Source: Bacillota bacterium (lineage in GTDB: Bacteria > Bacillota > Clostridia > Acetivibrionales > JANLFN01). From it: DNA of 58,517 nucleotides. Both the position numbers and the translations under genes were made by a program. The stretch spans positions 1 through 58,517 of the forward strand of contig JAUZPR010000006.1 of assembly GCA_030705825.1 (NCBI GenBank). The letters are read 5' to 3'. Shown piece after piece: positions 21,391 through 31,389 of the stretch. A model generated the notes under the pieces. That model was not told where the DNA came from, ran no database searches, and worked only from the letters and a program-made list of their open reading frames with translations. The stretch's first letter is position 1, and each line of letters begins with the position of its first letter.

Positions 21391-22095
21391 TTAAATAAGC
21401 TTGATATCATCGGGATCGTTGTTTTTCATGTCAATATAAAGCTTTCCGGATGTATCCAATGAAGCCAGCATAACATCTTTGCTGGTTCCGATTCCTCTTT
21501 TTCTAAGCTCCTGGTCAAGCCAACCTTCATCAAGATTAACCTGTTTAAGATTATCGAAAATTATTTCGCCATCAGCTATAAGGGTTAACGAAAGTCCCTG
21601 ATATCCTGTATCCATATTTAGGTCTGATGGTGTTAAGGGCTGTTTTTGTGACTTCATCTGGACACTTATCTTACCGTTTGTTTCAAGTAGGGCAAATTCT
21701 ACGTCTGCCAGATTGAATACACCCTTTTGTCTTAGTTCTTCAAGAAAATCATTTATGTTGAACAATTCCCTTCTAAGATTCTTCTCAACGATTTTACCGT
21801 TCTGAATAAGAACAGCAGGCGTAGAACCTGTTATTTTTCTGATTTTCATGCTTTTCATCGACAGGTATGATACTGCAAATGCCAGTAAGGACCATGCAGC
21901 GATACCCATTATTCCATGGACATACCCCACTCTTTTGTCAATTGAAAAGGAGCCTGATATTGAACCGAGCGTTATTCCGGCTATATAATCAAAAGGTGTA
22001 AGATGCGCAATGCTTTTTTTCCCCATCAATCTGGTAAAAATAAAAAGTATAACGGCCGACATGAGACATCTGGCCAATGTGTCCATATAATCCAT
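21391..22095 (-). CDS. DUF421 (YetF-like) membrane protein
   Basis: RLMGKKSIAHLTPFD, three TM helices, ALLETNGKISV. Confidence 0.85.
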   Translation of the reverse strand: MDYMDTLARCLMSAVILFIFTRLMGKKSIAHLTPFDYIAGITLGSISGSFSIDKRVGYVHGIMGIAAWSLLAFAVSYLSMKSMKIRKITGSTPAVLIQNGKIVEKNLRRELFNINDFLEELRQKGVFNLADVEFALLETNGKISVQMKSQKQPLTPSDLNMDTGYQGLSLTLIADGEIIFDNLKQVNLDEGWLDQELRKRGIGTSKDVMLASLDTSGKLYIDMKNNDPDDIKLI

Positions 22096-22276
22096 AATTA
22101 ATTACCTTCCCCGTAATTTGTTTATAATGCTATTATCTCCATCCGTATGTTTTCATATTTTACCCAAGGAATAAGTATTATTAGTATATATTTACACATC
22201 TTGTAAACCTCAGATAAAAGTAATATTATTTTATTATTGCTATTCACAAATAACTTTCTATCTTAGGAGTTGAACT

Positions 22277-23431
22277 ATGAGCAGGGTTTCAATTGTTAAG
22301 TGTGATAATTATGAAAATAAAAATTTAATACAAGCTTTGGAAACAACCTTTGACAATCTCGGAGGTATATCCAGATTTATCAAACCAGGAATGAAGGTTG
22401 TAATCAAACCCAATCTGGTAATGAAGAAGAATCCTAAGGATGCAGCTACAACTCACCCGGCTTTGGTAAGTGCTGTTTGCTCCCTGGTGGTTAAAGCGGG
22501 TGCTTCGGCTATAATAGCAGAAAGTCCCGGAGGGTTGTATACCGAAGGAAGTCTAAAGGCTGTCTATTCAGTCTGCGGTATGGATAAAGCCGCATTGGAA
22601 TCAGGTGCAGTACTTAATCATGATGTTTCGGAAGTGGAAATACAAAACCCTGACGCTAAATATGTCCGAAGGCTGAATGTTATCAAGCCCCTTACCGAGG
22701 CTGACCTGATTATAAATCTGCCCAAATTGAAAACCCATGGCCAGATGATATATACGGGAGCTGTTAAAAACATGTTCGGAGCCATACCCGGACTCCAAAA
22801 GCCCGAATATCACATGAGGATGTCCAATTATGAAGATTTTGCAAACGCTTTGATAGATATATACCTAAGTGTTAAGCCCGGACTTAATATAATGGATGCG
22901 GTAACAGGCATGGAAGGTTCCGGACCTACCGCTGGAAATCCCAGGCATATCGGTATTATAGCCGCTTCTGAAAACGCCTTCGAGCTTGATATGACCATGC
23001 TTGATATTTTAAAGGTTGACCCCGGGTATGTTTTTGTCACCAAATGCGCAATAAGCCGTGGTTTATGCCCCGCGAACATAAAGGAAATAGATATTGTCGG
23101 TGAAAAATCAGAAAATGTCAGAGTCGAAAAATTTGATATGCCACAGCTGGATACTTTGGCAAATATTCAGTTTTTTAACAACAGAATGTTAAGGGCTCTC
23201 TTTACTTCCCTCAAACCCAAGCCTGTTTTCAGACATGCAGCCTGTGTAGGTTGTTCCGAATGTGCAAAAAGCTGCCCTGCACATATTATAGAGATGAAAA
23301 ATAAAAAGCCTTATGCCGATCTGTCCAAATGTATCAGATGCTTCTGCTGCCAGGAACTGTGCCCCGCAAAAGCAGTAGTTATAAAAAAGCCCTTGATTTC
23401 AAGGATAATATTCGGCAAACCTCATAAATAA
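22277..23431 (+). CDS. DUF362 protein with a C-terminal 2x[4Fe-4S] domain
   Basis: IKPNLV, TTHP and PKLKTH...GAVKN; two CxxCxxCxxxCP motifs. Confidence 0.85.
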   Translation: MSRVSIVKCDNYENKNLIQALETTFDNLGGISRFIKPGMKVVIKPNLVMKKNPKDAATTHPALVSAVCSLVVKAGASAIIAESPGGLYTEGSLKAVYSVCGMDKAALESGAVLNHDVSEVEIQNPDAKYVRRLNVIKPLTEADLIINLPKLKTHGQMIYTGAVKNMFGAIPGLQKPEYHMRMSNYEDFANALIDIYLSVKPGLNIMDAVTGMEGSGPTAGNPRHIGIIAASENAFELDMTMLDILKVDPGYVFVTKCAISRGLCPANIKEIDIVGEKSENVRVEKFDMPQLDTLANIQFFNNRMLRALFTSLKPKPVFRHAACVGCSECAKSCPAHIIEMKNKKPYADLSKCIRCFCCQELCPAKAVVIKKPLISRIIFGKPHK

Positions 23432-23450
23432 GATGTCTAGTAAGTAAGTT

Positions 23451-23966
23451 CTATCTGTTTTTTATTGATTTGACTATGTAGAATATGATTGTTCCGAAAA
23501 TTGCCACCAGTGTAATGGGAAGAAACGCTATACCAAGCCCTGTTCCAAACTCTTTCGCATTTGCAGATTTTATGGTCATCCACTGTATGTAGAACAGCAG
23601 GGCTGTTATTTCCAGCTTCAGTGCGGTAATCATCTGCCTAGCCAGCCTGTATTGTTTAGCTGCATTTTCAGACGTAATAGGTACGGCATAGTTAAATATG
23701 CGAGGAAATCTCCCAAGCAACGTCATGGGAATATACATAACCCCGGCTATTGCAGGTATAAACCACAGCATGCCCTTTCCGCCCCAACCGTCAATTCTTC
23801 CCGCCGCATTAAAATGAGTAGGAATTCTGTCTGGAAGTGTGCTATAGGATGTTATGGTTTTGACCATCAATATGACAATCAAAATAAAGCCCGCAGCTTC
23901 CAGGATTATTTCGAAAGCGGTAATTGGGACCTTGACTTTAGGCCGTTTATTGCTATCATTCATCAT
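23451..23966 (-). CDS. DUF1648 membrane protein
   Basis: LPDRIPTHFNAAGRIDGWGGK motif; four TM helices. Confidence 0.8.
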   Translation of the reverse strand: MMNDSNKRPKVKVPITAFEIILEAAGFILIVILMVKTITSYSTLPDRIPTHFNAAGRIDGWGGKGMLWFIPAIAGVMYIPMTLLGRFPRIFNYAVPITSENAAKQYRLARQMITALKLEITALLFYIQWMTIKSANAKEFGTGLGIAFLPITLVAIFGTIIFYIVKSIKNR

Positions 23967-24072
23967 TATATCACCTGTTATTCATCTCAAATTATCTCTT
24001 GGACTTTTACATAATTTTATCAAATTAAAAGGTTAACTTCCATAAATTTATAAGATTTTTCAATTCAATAAA

Positions 24073-24099
24073 TGAGTCAGGGGACAGTCCCTTGACTCA
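24073..24099. repeat. GGGACAGTCCC-core palindrome
   Basis: tgagtcagggga-cag-tcccttgactca hairpin. Confidence 0.5.
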
Positions 24100-24101
24100 A
24101 C

Positions 24102-24129
24102 AAAAAAACCGGGTGATGAATTCACCCGG
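24102..24129 (-). terminator. Terminator of the hydrogenase operon
   Basis: ccgggtga/tcacccgg stem followed by a U-run on the minus strand. Confidence 0.75.
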
Positions 24130-24146
24130 CAGCTACCTTGATTACC

Positions 24147-25931
24147 CTATTTCAGAAACTCATTATATACCCCTCGTTTTGTATAGCTTGTATGTAGCAG
24201 CTCATGCGGCTTGTGTCCCAGCGGTTCCTTCAGGTATTCCTCATACAATGCTTTAATAAACGGATTCTCATGGGATTTTCTCAGCTTTTTGCCCTCATCC
24301 TCCCTGTATATTGCCTCGAGTCTTTTCTGCCTGATACTGCTGTCGGTTGGTCTTGGTTGACCGCCTCCGCTTATGCAGCCTCCGGGGCAGCCCATTACTT
24401 CTATGAAATGATAGGGGGATTCACTGCCGGCAATCTGTTCCATCAGTATTTCAGCACCTTTTGCGCCGCTTGTGACAGCTATTTTAAGGATAAAGCCGTC
24501 AAGGAACCTGTATTCCGGAAGCGGATTTTCTATTGTTATATCGGCAGTTTTTATCTGATTCAAACCAACTATAGGCTCTATATGTAGGCTCTCAAACGGC
24601 AGCTCCCTGCCGGTAACCAATTCATATACCGTTCTTAAGGCAGCTTCCATAACTCCTCCGGTTGCGGCAAAAATGTCGGCTGCTCCGGTTGACAAACCAA
24701 GCGGGTTATCGAATTCTCCATCCTCAAGCTCATCAAATTCAAGACCCGCGTCCTTTATCATTCTGGCAAGCTCTCTTGTAGTAAGAACAGCGTCTACATC
24801 CGGAATACCGTTTCTTTTCATCTCCGGCCTGGTAATTTCAAATTTCTTTGCGGTACAAGGCATTACAGAAACCACATATATATCCTTTGGGTTCAAGCCA
24901 AGCTTTTCAGCATAATAGGATTTAACAAGCGCTCCCAGCATCATATGCGGGGACTTGCAGGTGGACAGGTGATCAAGTTGATTGGGAAAGACATGCTCGA
25001 TATATTTAATCCAGCCCGGGCTGCAGCTGGTTATCATAGGCAGGGTATTTTCCTTTGATGTAATAGCCGCCTTTACTCTTTTAAGCAGTTCGTTTCCTTC
25101 CTCGATAATTGTCAGATCAGCTGCAAAATTGGTGTCAAAGACGTCATCAAACCCTATCTCCCTGAGGGCAGTAACCATTTTCCCGGTAACAAGAGTTCCG
25201 GCTTCATAACCGAATTCTTCCCCAAGTGCCGCTCTTATAGCCGGAGCTGTCTGTATAACAACCCTCTTGTTTTTATCAAACAGAGCATTCCATACATTCT
25301 GAATGCTGTCCTTCTCCTTCAATGCACCTACGGGGCATACAATGGTACACTGTCCGCAGTTTATGCAGTTTACACTGTTTAGCGGCAGTTCGGCAGCAGG
25401 ACCTATAACAGTTTTAAATCCCCGTTTCTGAACATTCATTATGCCTATACCCTGAATCTGATTGCATACGGTGACACATCGCCTGCAAAGTATACATTTT
25501 GATGTATCCCTTACTATGGACGGAGAAGAATCATCTACAAAGGTTTTGGACTTTTCGCCTTCAAACCTGAATTCGCTTATTTGTATCAATTCGCCCAACT
25601 TCTGGAATTCGCAGTTCTGATTTCTCGAACAGCTCAGGCAGTCTCTCGGATGATCTGAAAGCATAAGCTCATACAGAAGCTTTCTCGCCTTTTTAACCTT
25701 TTCCGTATTTGTGTAAACAGTCATTCCCTCTTTAACCTGAACCATACAGGATGCCTGAAGGGATTTTGCTCCCTCCACCTCTACGACGCAAATTCTGCAG
25801 GAGCCTATTTGATGTATACCTTCAAGATAACAGAAATGAGGAATTAGAATATTGTTTTGTTTAGCTGCCTCAAAAATGGTCATCCCCTCATCCGCCGTTA
25901 TTTTTTTATTATTAATAGTCAAATTAACCAT
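24147..25931 (-). CDS. hydA: Group A [FeFe]-hydrogenase catalytic subunit
   Basis: H-cluster motifs TSCSPGW, MPCTAKKFE and EVMGCPGGCISGGGQP; N-terminal 2Fe-2S, His-ligated 4Fe-4S and 2x4Fe-4S domains; GGAGGGG RBS before ATG 25931. Confidence 0.93.
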   Translation of the reverse strand: MVNLTINNKKITADEGMTIFEAAKQNNILIPHFCYLEGIHQIGSCRICVVEVEGAKSLQASCMVQVKEGMTVYTNTEKVKKARKLLYELMLSDHPRDCLSCSRNQNCEFQKLGELIQISEFRFEGEKSKTFVDDSSPSIVRDTSKCILCRRCVTVCNQIQGIGIMNVQKRGFKTVIGPAAELPLNSVNCINCGQCTIVCPVGALKEKDSIQNVWNALFDKNKRVVIQTAPAIRAALGEEFGYEAGTLVTGKMVTALREIGFDDVFDTNFAADLTIIEEGNELLKRVKAAITSKENTLPMITSCSPGWIKYIEHVFPNQLDHLSTCKSPHMMLGALVKSYYAEKLGLNPKDIYVVSVMPCTAKKFEITRPEMKRNGIPDVDAVLTTRELARMIKDAGLEFDELEDGEFDNPLGLSTGAADIFAATGGVMEAALRTVYELVTGRELPFESLHIEPIVGLNQIKTADITIENPLPEYRFLDGFILKIAVTSGAKGAEILMEQIAGSESPYHFIEVMGCPGGCISGGGQPRPTDSSIRQKRLEAIYREDEGKKLRKSHENPFIKALYEEYLKEPLGHKPHELLHTSYTKRGVYNEFLK

Positions 25932-25958
25932 AAAAACCCCCTCCAACAGTATAGATTC

Positions 25959-26121
25959 AGTGGACAATGGGCAGTGTACAGTTATTTTAATAGTCAATTG
26001 ACAATTAAGATAAATAAAGAAGACTCCAAAAGAATACTCTCTGTTAACTGCCAAATCTACTTATAATTTGTCAACTGCTAAACTAAATTAACTGTCCTCT
26101 GCCAACTGTCAACTGTACACT
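25959..26121. repeat. Degenerate heptamer repeats in inverted arrangement
   Basis: tggacaa/tgtacag/ttgacaa units on the left and ctgtcaa/ctgtaca units on the right; agtgtacagtt (25973-25983) is the exact reverse complement of aactgtacact (26111-26121). Confidence 0.55.
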
Positions 26122-26123
26122 AA

Positions 26124-29100
26124 TTAAGTTCTCCTGTCACACCTCAAACACCTCATTGCCTCTGCAATGGCATTGAGCTTGTGGAAACCGACCGCAACCT
26201 CGTCAAAGTTATTTTTTCTAAGTTCCGGGTCCAGAAATTTCATTGGAAACCTCTCATGCTCAACAACTTCCTTTTCATCTGACGGCTTGGGGATGTCTAT
26301 ATCCTCTCCGGTATTCAGGATGCCCTTGCCTCCAAGATAACGGTCAATGGACCTCGCGGCATTTTTACCGTCGGCTATTGCCGTTATAACTGTGTCTGAG
26401 CCCCTGACAATGTCTCCTCCTGCAAAAACACCTTTCATTCTGGTCATCAAAGTGTTTTTTTCAGTTACAAAGGTGCCCCACTTTGTAACTTCAACTTCAT
26501 TTTTATTGATAAACGGCAAATCTGAATACTGGCTAACAGCCGGTATAACCGTATCAACACTGATTCTGAATTCCGAACCTGGAACAGCCTTAGGTTTCCT
26601 TCTGCCTGTCTGATCAAATTCTCCCAGTTCCATTCTGACGCATTCTATTTCACTTACTCTATCCTTTCCGATAAATCTGACCGGCGCAACAAGTTCCATT
26701 ATTTGAACTCCTTCTTCCAATGCATCCCTGATTTCTCTGGAATCGGCAGGCATATCCCCTATCTGCCTTCTATAAAGCATAATAACTTCCCTTGCCCCCA
26801 CCCTCAGTGCCGTTCTGGCCGCATCAACAGCAGTATTTCCTCCTCCGATAACCGCCACCTTATCCCAAATCTTGACTTCTCTTCCCAAGTTTACATCTCT
26901 AAGGAATTCCAAACCGTGATATACATCCTTTAAGTCTTCTCCCGGTATGTCGATTTTTCTTGAAAACTGCGTTCCGGTTGCAATATAGACTGCGTCATGC
27001 TTGTTTCTCAGCTGATAGAAGGTAATATCGGCTCCCACCTCGGTATTGAGGTTTAGCTTGACTCCTACCTGCTCTATCATTTTTATTTCATGCTGCAACA
27101 CATCCTTTGGGAGCCTGTATTCAGGGATCCCAAAGGCCAGAACTCCTCCGGCCACAGGCTGTGATTCATAAACCTCCACATCATAGCCCAACCTGGACAG
27201 GTAATATCCACATGTCAAGCCTGATGGTCCAGCACCTATTATACCTACGCTTTTTCCCTTTTTAGGGAATACAAGATCCATGTACGGCTCCTCATTCTTA
27301 AGCACATAATCGGCCGCATACCTTTTCAAATCCGAAATTGACAATGGTTCATCCATCTGAGCCCTTCTGCATTTGCTCTCGCATGGATGGGTGCATACTC
27401 TGCCGCAAACAGCCGGGAAAGGATTTTCCTTTCGGATAAGATTATAAGCATCCCTTATCCTGCCGGCGGCAATCAATGCTATGTACCCGGGAACATTTAC
27501 TCCAGCCGGGCATGCGTTCTGGCATGGGGAGATGAACATTGAAGAGCAGACACCCGCCCTGCAGTGTTTGTCTTTAATATGTTCTTCATATTCTTCCCTG
27601 AAATATTTAATAGTACTGAGAACCGAATTGGGAGCTGTCTGACCCAGCCCGCAGACTGCAGTCTCCCGGATTATCTGTCCCAGCTCTTCCAGAAGCTCAA
27701 TATCCCCGTCCCTTCCTTCACCCTGTGTTATCCTTTCAAGTATCTCAAGCATTCTTTTGGTTCCAAGCCTGCATGGGACACATTTTCCGCATGATTCATC
27801 CTGTATGAATTCCATGAAATACCGCGCAATATCCACCATACAAGTATCCTCATCCATTGTTATTAGTCCGCCTGAGCCCATAATAGCTCCAAGCCTGACC
27901 AATGAATCATAATCTACAGGAGTGTTGAGGAATTCCCTTGTTATACAACCCCCTGACGGGCCTCCTGTCTGAGCTGCTTTAAATTCCTTGTTCTTTCTGA
28001 TACCTCCGCCTATATCAAAAATAATTTCACCAAGAGTGGCACCCATCGGCACCTCTACAATACCTGTATTGTTAATATCCCCTGCAAGGGCAAATACTTT
28101 GGTTCCCTTGCTTCCCTTTGTTCCGAAGCCGCTGAACCATTCACTGCCGTTGAGCATTATCTGTGCGATATTGGCATAGGTCTCAACATTACTAATAATA
28201 GTCGGTTTGCCGAAAAGTCCTTTCTGAAAAGGAAATGGAGGCTTTTGCCTGGGTTCGCCTCTTTCTCCCTCAATAGAAGCCATAAGCGCAGTTTCTTCAC
28301 CACAAACAAAGGCACCTGCTCCTATTCTTATCTCCAAATCAAAATCGAAACTACTTCCCAGTATATTCCTTCCAAGCAGACCTGCATTCCTGGCCTTCAT
28401 TATTGCAAGTTCCAGCCTTTCCACCGCAAGCGGATATTCGGCACGTACATAAACGTAGCCTTTTTGTGCCCCGATAGCAAAGCCGCCAATCATTATTCCT
28501 TCTATTACGGAATGGGGGTCACCTTCAAGTATGCTTCTGTCCATAAAAGCTCCCGGATCACCCTCATCTGCATTACAAACTATATATTTTTCCTTTCCAT
28601 CAGCTTTAAGACCTGCCTCAAGCTTGACACCCGTAGGGAAACCGCCACCTCCCCGTCCCCTCAAACCCGACTTTTTCAATTCTTCAACTACACCTGCAGG
28701 AGATATGCGTGACAGTACCTTTGCCAATGCCATGTAGCCGTCTTTGGCTATGTACTCGTCCAAAGATGAATAATCAATGCTTCCGCAGTTTTTCAGGGCT
28801 ATTTTTACCTGGTCCCTGAAATACCCTATATCCTTTATTAGTGGAACATGTTGACCGGTCTTTTTATCAACATAGGTGTTCTCAATTCTTATTTCTCCTG
28901 AAACAAGATGGGACTGGACAATAGCAGGAATGTCGGAGGGTTTTAGGCGGGTATAAAATGCCCCTTCAGGATATATCACCATAACGGGTCCCAAATCACA
29001 GGTTCCGATACATCCTGTTTCAGACACAAACACCTTATGCGTAAGGTTTTTATCCTCAAGAGCCTTTAACAAGGCATTTTTTACATCCTGACAGTTCGAG

Positions 29101-29222
29101 GAGACACATCCTGCACCTGAACATACAAGCACCCTGTACCTGTATTTGTCCATCTTGTTTTCATAAGCTTCCTTTACTTTAGTAAGGTCATTTATGGACT
29201 CTATCCTTATCTCACTGATCAT
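26124..29222 (-). CDS. hydB: NuoF/HydB flavin subunit fused to a GltD/NfnB-like FAD-NADP(H) oxidoreductase domain
   Basis: Thioredoxin-like 2Fe-2S domain, SGLRGRGGGGFPTG, NADEGDPGAFMDR, ESCGKCVPCR; then PCQNACP, CGRVC, GAGPSG, GGGNTA...YRR and GVFAGGD. Confidence 0.9.
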   Translation of the reverse strand: MISEIRIESINDLTKVKEAYENKMDKYRYRVLVCSGAGCVSSNCQDVKNALLKALEDKNLTHKVFVSETGCIGTCDLGPVMVIYPEGAFYTRLKPSDIPAIVQSHLVSGEIRIENTYVDKKTGQHVPLIKDIGYFRDQVKIALKNCGSIDYSSLDEYIAKDGYMALAKVLSRISPAGVVEELKKSGLRGRGGGGFPTGVKLEAGLKADGKEKYIVCNADEGDPGAFMDRSILEGDPHSVIEGIMIGGFAIGAQKGYVYVRAEYPLAVERLELAIMKARNAGLLGRNILGSSFDFDLEIRIGAGAFVCGEETALMASIEGERGEPRQKPPFPFQKGLFGKPTIISNVETYANIAQIMLNGSEWFSGFGTKGSKGTKVFALAGDINNTGIVEVPMGATLGEIIFDIGGGIRKNKEFKAAQTGGPSGGCITREFLNTPVDYDSLVRLGAIMGSGGLITMDEDTCMVDIARYFMEFIQDESCGKCVPCRLGTKRMLEILERITQGEGRDGDIELLEELGQIIRETAVCGLGQTAPNSVLSTIKYFREEYEEHIKDKHCRAGVCSSMFISPCQNACPAGVNVPGYIALIAAGRIRDAYNLIRKENPFPAVCGRVCTHPCESKCRRAQMDEPLSISDLKRYAADYVLKNEEPYMDLVFPKKGKSVGIIGAGPSGLTCGYYLSRLGYDVEVYESQPVAGGVLAFGIPEYRLPKDVLQHEIKMIEQVGVKLNLNTEVGADITFYQLRNKHDAVYIATGTQFSRKIDIPGEDLKDVYHGLEFLRDVNLGREVKIWDKVAVIGGGNTAVDAARTALRVGAREVIMLYRRQIGDMPADSREIRDALEEGVQIMELVAPVRFIGKDRVSEIECVRMELGEFDQTGRRKPKAVPGSEFRISVDTVIPAVSQYSDLPFINKNEVEVTKWGTFVTEKNTLMTRMKGVFAGGDIVRGSDTVITAIADGKNAARSIDRYLGGKGILNTGEDIDIPKPSDEKEVVEHERFPMKFLDPELRKNNFDEVAVGFHKLNAIAEAMRCLRCDRRT

Positions 29223-29242
29223 ACTTTTTCATCACCCACCTT

Positions 29243-29743
29243 TTAGTAATATTGCTCGATAATTGTCTGAAGCTTGTCTGGATTGACCTGTTTAAAGACT
29301 TTATCGTTGATTGTAATAGCTGGCGCCAATCCACAGGCACCGATACACCTCATTACCTCCAGCGTAAACTTGCCGTCGGCAGTTGTTTCACCAACCTGAA
29401 TGCCCAAAATTTCGGTCAAACGGTCTATTATTTTTTTACCGCCGCGGACATAGCATGCGGTACCGAGACATACCCTTATGGTATATTCACCTCTCGGTTT
29501 TGTAGAAAAGAATGAATAAAAGGTTGTAACGCCATATACCTCGGAAAGCGGTTTATTAACTTTTTTTGCTATGATTTGGAGCAGCCCGAGCGGAAGGTAG
29601 CCATAAATCCCCTGAGCAAGATGAAGTATCTGGATAAGACTGCCCTCCTTATCCTTATACTCATCTATCATTTGTTCAATCCTTTCAAGCTTTTCCTGTT
29701 CAGTTTCCTTGTGGCATTTGCACTGCTTTGACTGAATATTCAT
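29243..29743 (-). CDS. hydC: NuoE/HydC 2Fe-2S subunit
   Basis: VTTFYSFF, CLGTACYVRG and RCIGACGLAP. Confidence 0.92.
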   Translation of the reverse strand: MNIQSKQCKCHKETEQEKLERIEQMIDEYKDKEGSLIQILHLAQGIYGYLPLGLLQIIAKKVNKPLSEVYGVTTFYSFFSTKPRGEYTIRVCLGTACYVRGGKKIIDRLTEILGIQVGETTADGKFTLEVMRCIGACGLAPAITINDKVFKQVNPDKLQTIIEQYY

Positions 29744-29839
29744 AAAACCTCCTTAAACCAACAAATAATAAGCCTTACCATTGCATTCAAAAGGATTTGC
29801 CTTATCTTTCTATCTGTCTTCTTAACGAGCATGTCATTA

Positions 29840-29857
29840 TTGTGTTTTTTTTAACAA
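29840..29857. promoter_or_regulatory. Putative Rex operator
   Basis: On minus, TTGTTAA-AAAA-AACACAA, an 18-bp near-palindrome matching TTGTKAA-N4-TTMACAA; upstream of an NAD-linked hydrogenase. Confidence 0.55.
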
Positions 29858-29970
29858 TGCAAAACAAAATACTGCTGTGTCTTTCAAGCGGAAATTATAA
29901 GATACACAAGATGAGAAAAAAATGTACTTCAAAGAGTTAATTTTTAAGTGAAATGTATTAATATGGGTAC

Positions 29971-29999
29971 ATTATAACACTTGTATGCGCTGTATTCAA
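29971..29999 (-). promoter_or_regulatory. sigmaA promoter of hydCBA
   Basis: TTGAAT-17 nt-TATAAT with a TGn extended -10. Confidence 0.65.
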
Positions 30000-30214
30000 T
30001 AATTTTCCGGTAATTCCTCTTAAATTGGTGTACTAATTTTAATACAAACCTTAAATTCAAGCTGAAAACCTTCATACTTATTCCTGTGAACGGGAAATAA
30101 ATTTTACCGTTTCAAAGCATATAACAGCCTTTTGAGTAAATCAAGCCAATTTCTAGTAATGTTTATAAAACATCCTTAATAAATATAGCAACAAAAACTT
30201 AAGGATGAGCTAAT

Positions 30215-31165
30215 ATGAAAAGTGCAACATGTTTCAAAACGGATAGTAATTCAAATATACCGATAAAAAGATACGGCATATTAAAAAAACTTTTTCTTTC
30301 CTTTATGATTATGGCTTTAACAATAACCGGTATGGGTACTGCCTTCTGTGAAACCAATGACGGTTGTAAGGACAGTACCGAAGACAATTCTTCAGATTAC
30401 AGTTCTTCATTCCTTAATTCCATTTTCAACGAGAGCTCTGGCCTTACAAAATTCTTCAAGACTGCAAAAGAGATTGCAGAAGCCAATCTTGTGCAGCCCA
30501 GAGAATTTAAACCCATATACCCTGTAAAATGGATAGACAGGAACAGTCAGTCTGTCTGTTTTACGTTTGATGACGGTTACAGCAGACAGTCCATTGAAAC
30601 TGTTCTTAATGTTCTTAAAAAGGAAAAAATCAAGTGCACTTTCTTTATTGTAGGAACCTGCCTGCGCTTATACCCGGATTTGTGGAAACGTGCAGTAAAT
30701 GAAGGACATCATATCTGTAATCATACCAATACCCATACTTTCCTGGCCTCTCTCAGCGATGAACAAATAAAAAAGGAGATTACGGGATGGGAAAGTGCCG
30801 CAACAGATGTTCTTGGCAAGGATTATGTCGAGGATATGAAAAACAATTTTCCGTATTTCAGGCTTCCCGGCGGTGAAGGGGACTCCCAGAAGAGAATAAT
30901 GAAAGTTATAGCCGACTGCAAATACATACCTGTGGGGTGGTCACTTGAAACTGTATCAAGCGTACTTAACCACCATAATCTAAAGAAAGAATCTGCAGGA
31001 CCAATTGCGGAGGAGGTTTCCGGCTATGTTTCGAAAAATTCCTCAAAGGGAATGATAATTCTCATGCATTTTAATGCTTATGATTCGCTTGAGTTGGAAA
31101 ACACAATAGACAATATACTGAAAAAGGGATTGGTTATAAAAGATATAAGCGAATTTATAAAGTAA
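30215..31165 (+). CDS. Polysaccharide deacetylase (CE4/NodB)
   Basis: TFDDG, NHTNTH, FRLPGG and LMH; N-terminal TM/signal segment. Confidence 0.88.
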   Translation: MKSATCFKTDSNSNIPIKRYGILKKLFLSFMIMALTITGMGTAFCETNDGCKDSTEDNSSDYSSSFLNSIFNESSGLTKFFKTAKEIAEANLVQPREFKPIYPVKWIDRNSQSVCFTFDDGYSRQSIETVLNVLKKEKIKCTFFIVGTCLRLYPDLWKRAVNEGHHICNHTNTHTFLASLSDEQIKKEITGWESAATDVLGKDYVEDMKNNFPYFRLPGGEGDSQKRIMKVIADCKYIPVGWSLETVSSVLNHHNLKKESAGPIAEEVSGYVSKNSSKGMIILMHFNAYDSLELENTIDNILKKGLVIKDISEFIK

Positions 31166-31295
31166 CTCAACTTTCCCGCATCATTATTACGCTCCAGCCG
31201 GTCATTTGAAATATCGAACACTTCAACGATATTTCAATTTTATTTGATGTTAATACCGCTGAGAACGGCTGCTTAATTCAAAGTGGGAAAGTTGA
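31166..31295. mobile_element. MITE-like non-autonomous element
   Basis: 11-bp TIRs tcaactttccc/gggaaagttga, flanking direct repeat ATAAAGTAA, internal hairpins, no ORF. Confidence 0.6.
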
Positions 31296-31389
31296 ATAAA
31301 GTAAATCCGTATAAAGTTCTTCTTCAAAGGAATTACTAATCATGTTGAAACAATTAGCTATAAGAATTTAAGAACGATGGAGGCTATAT

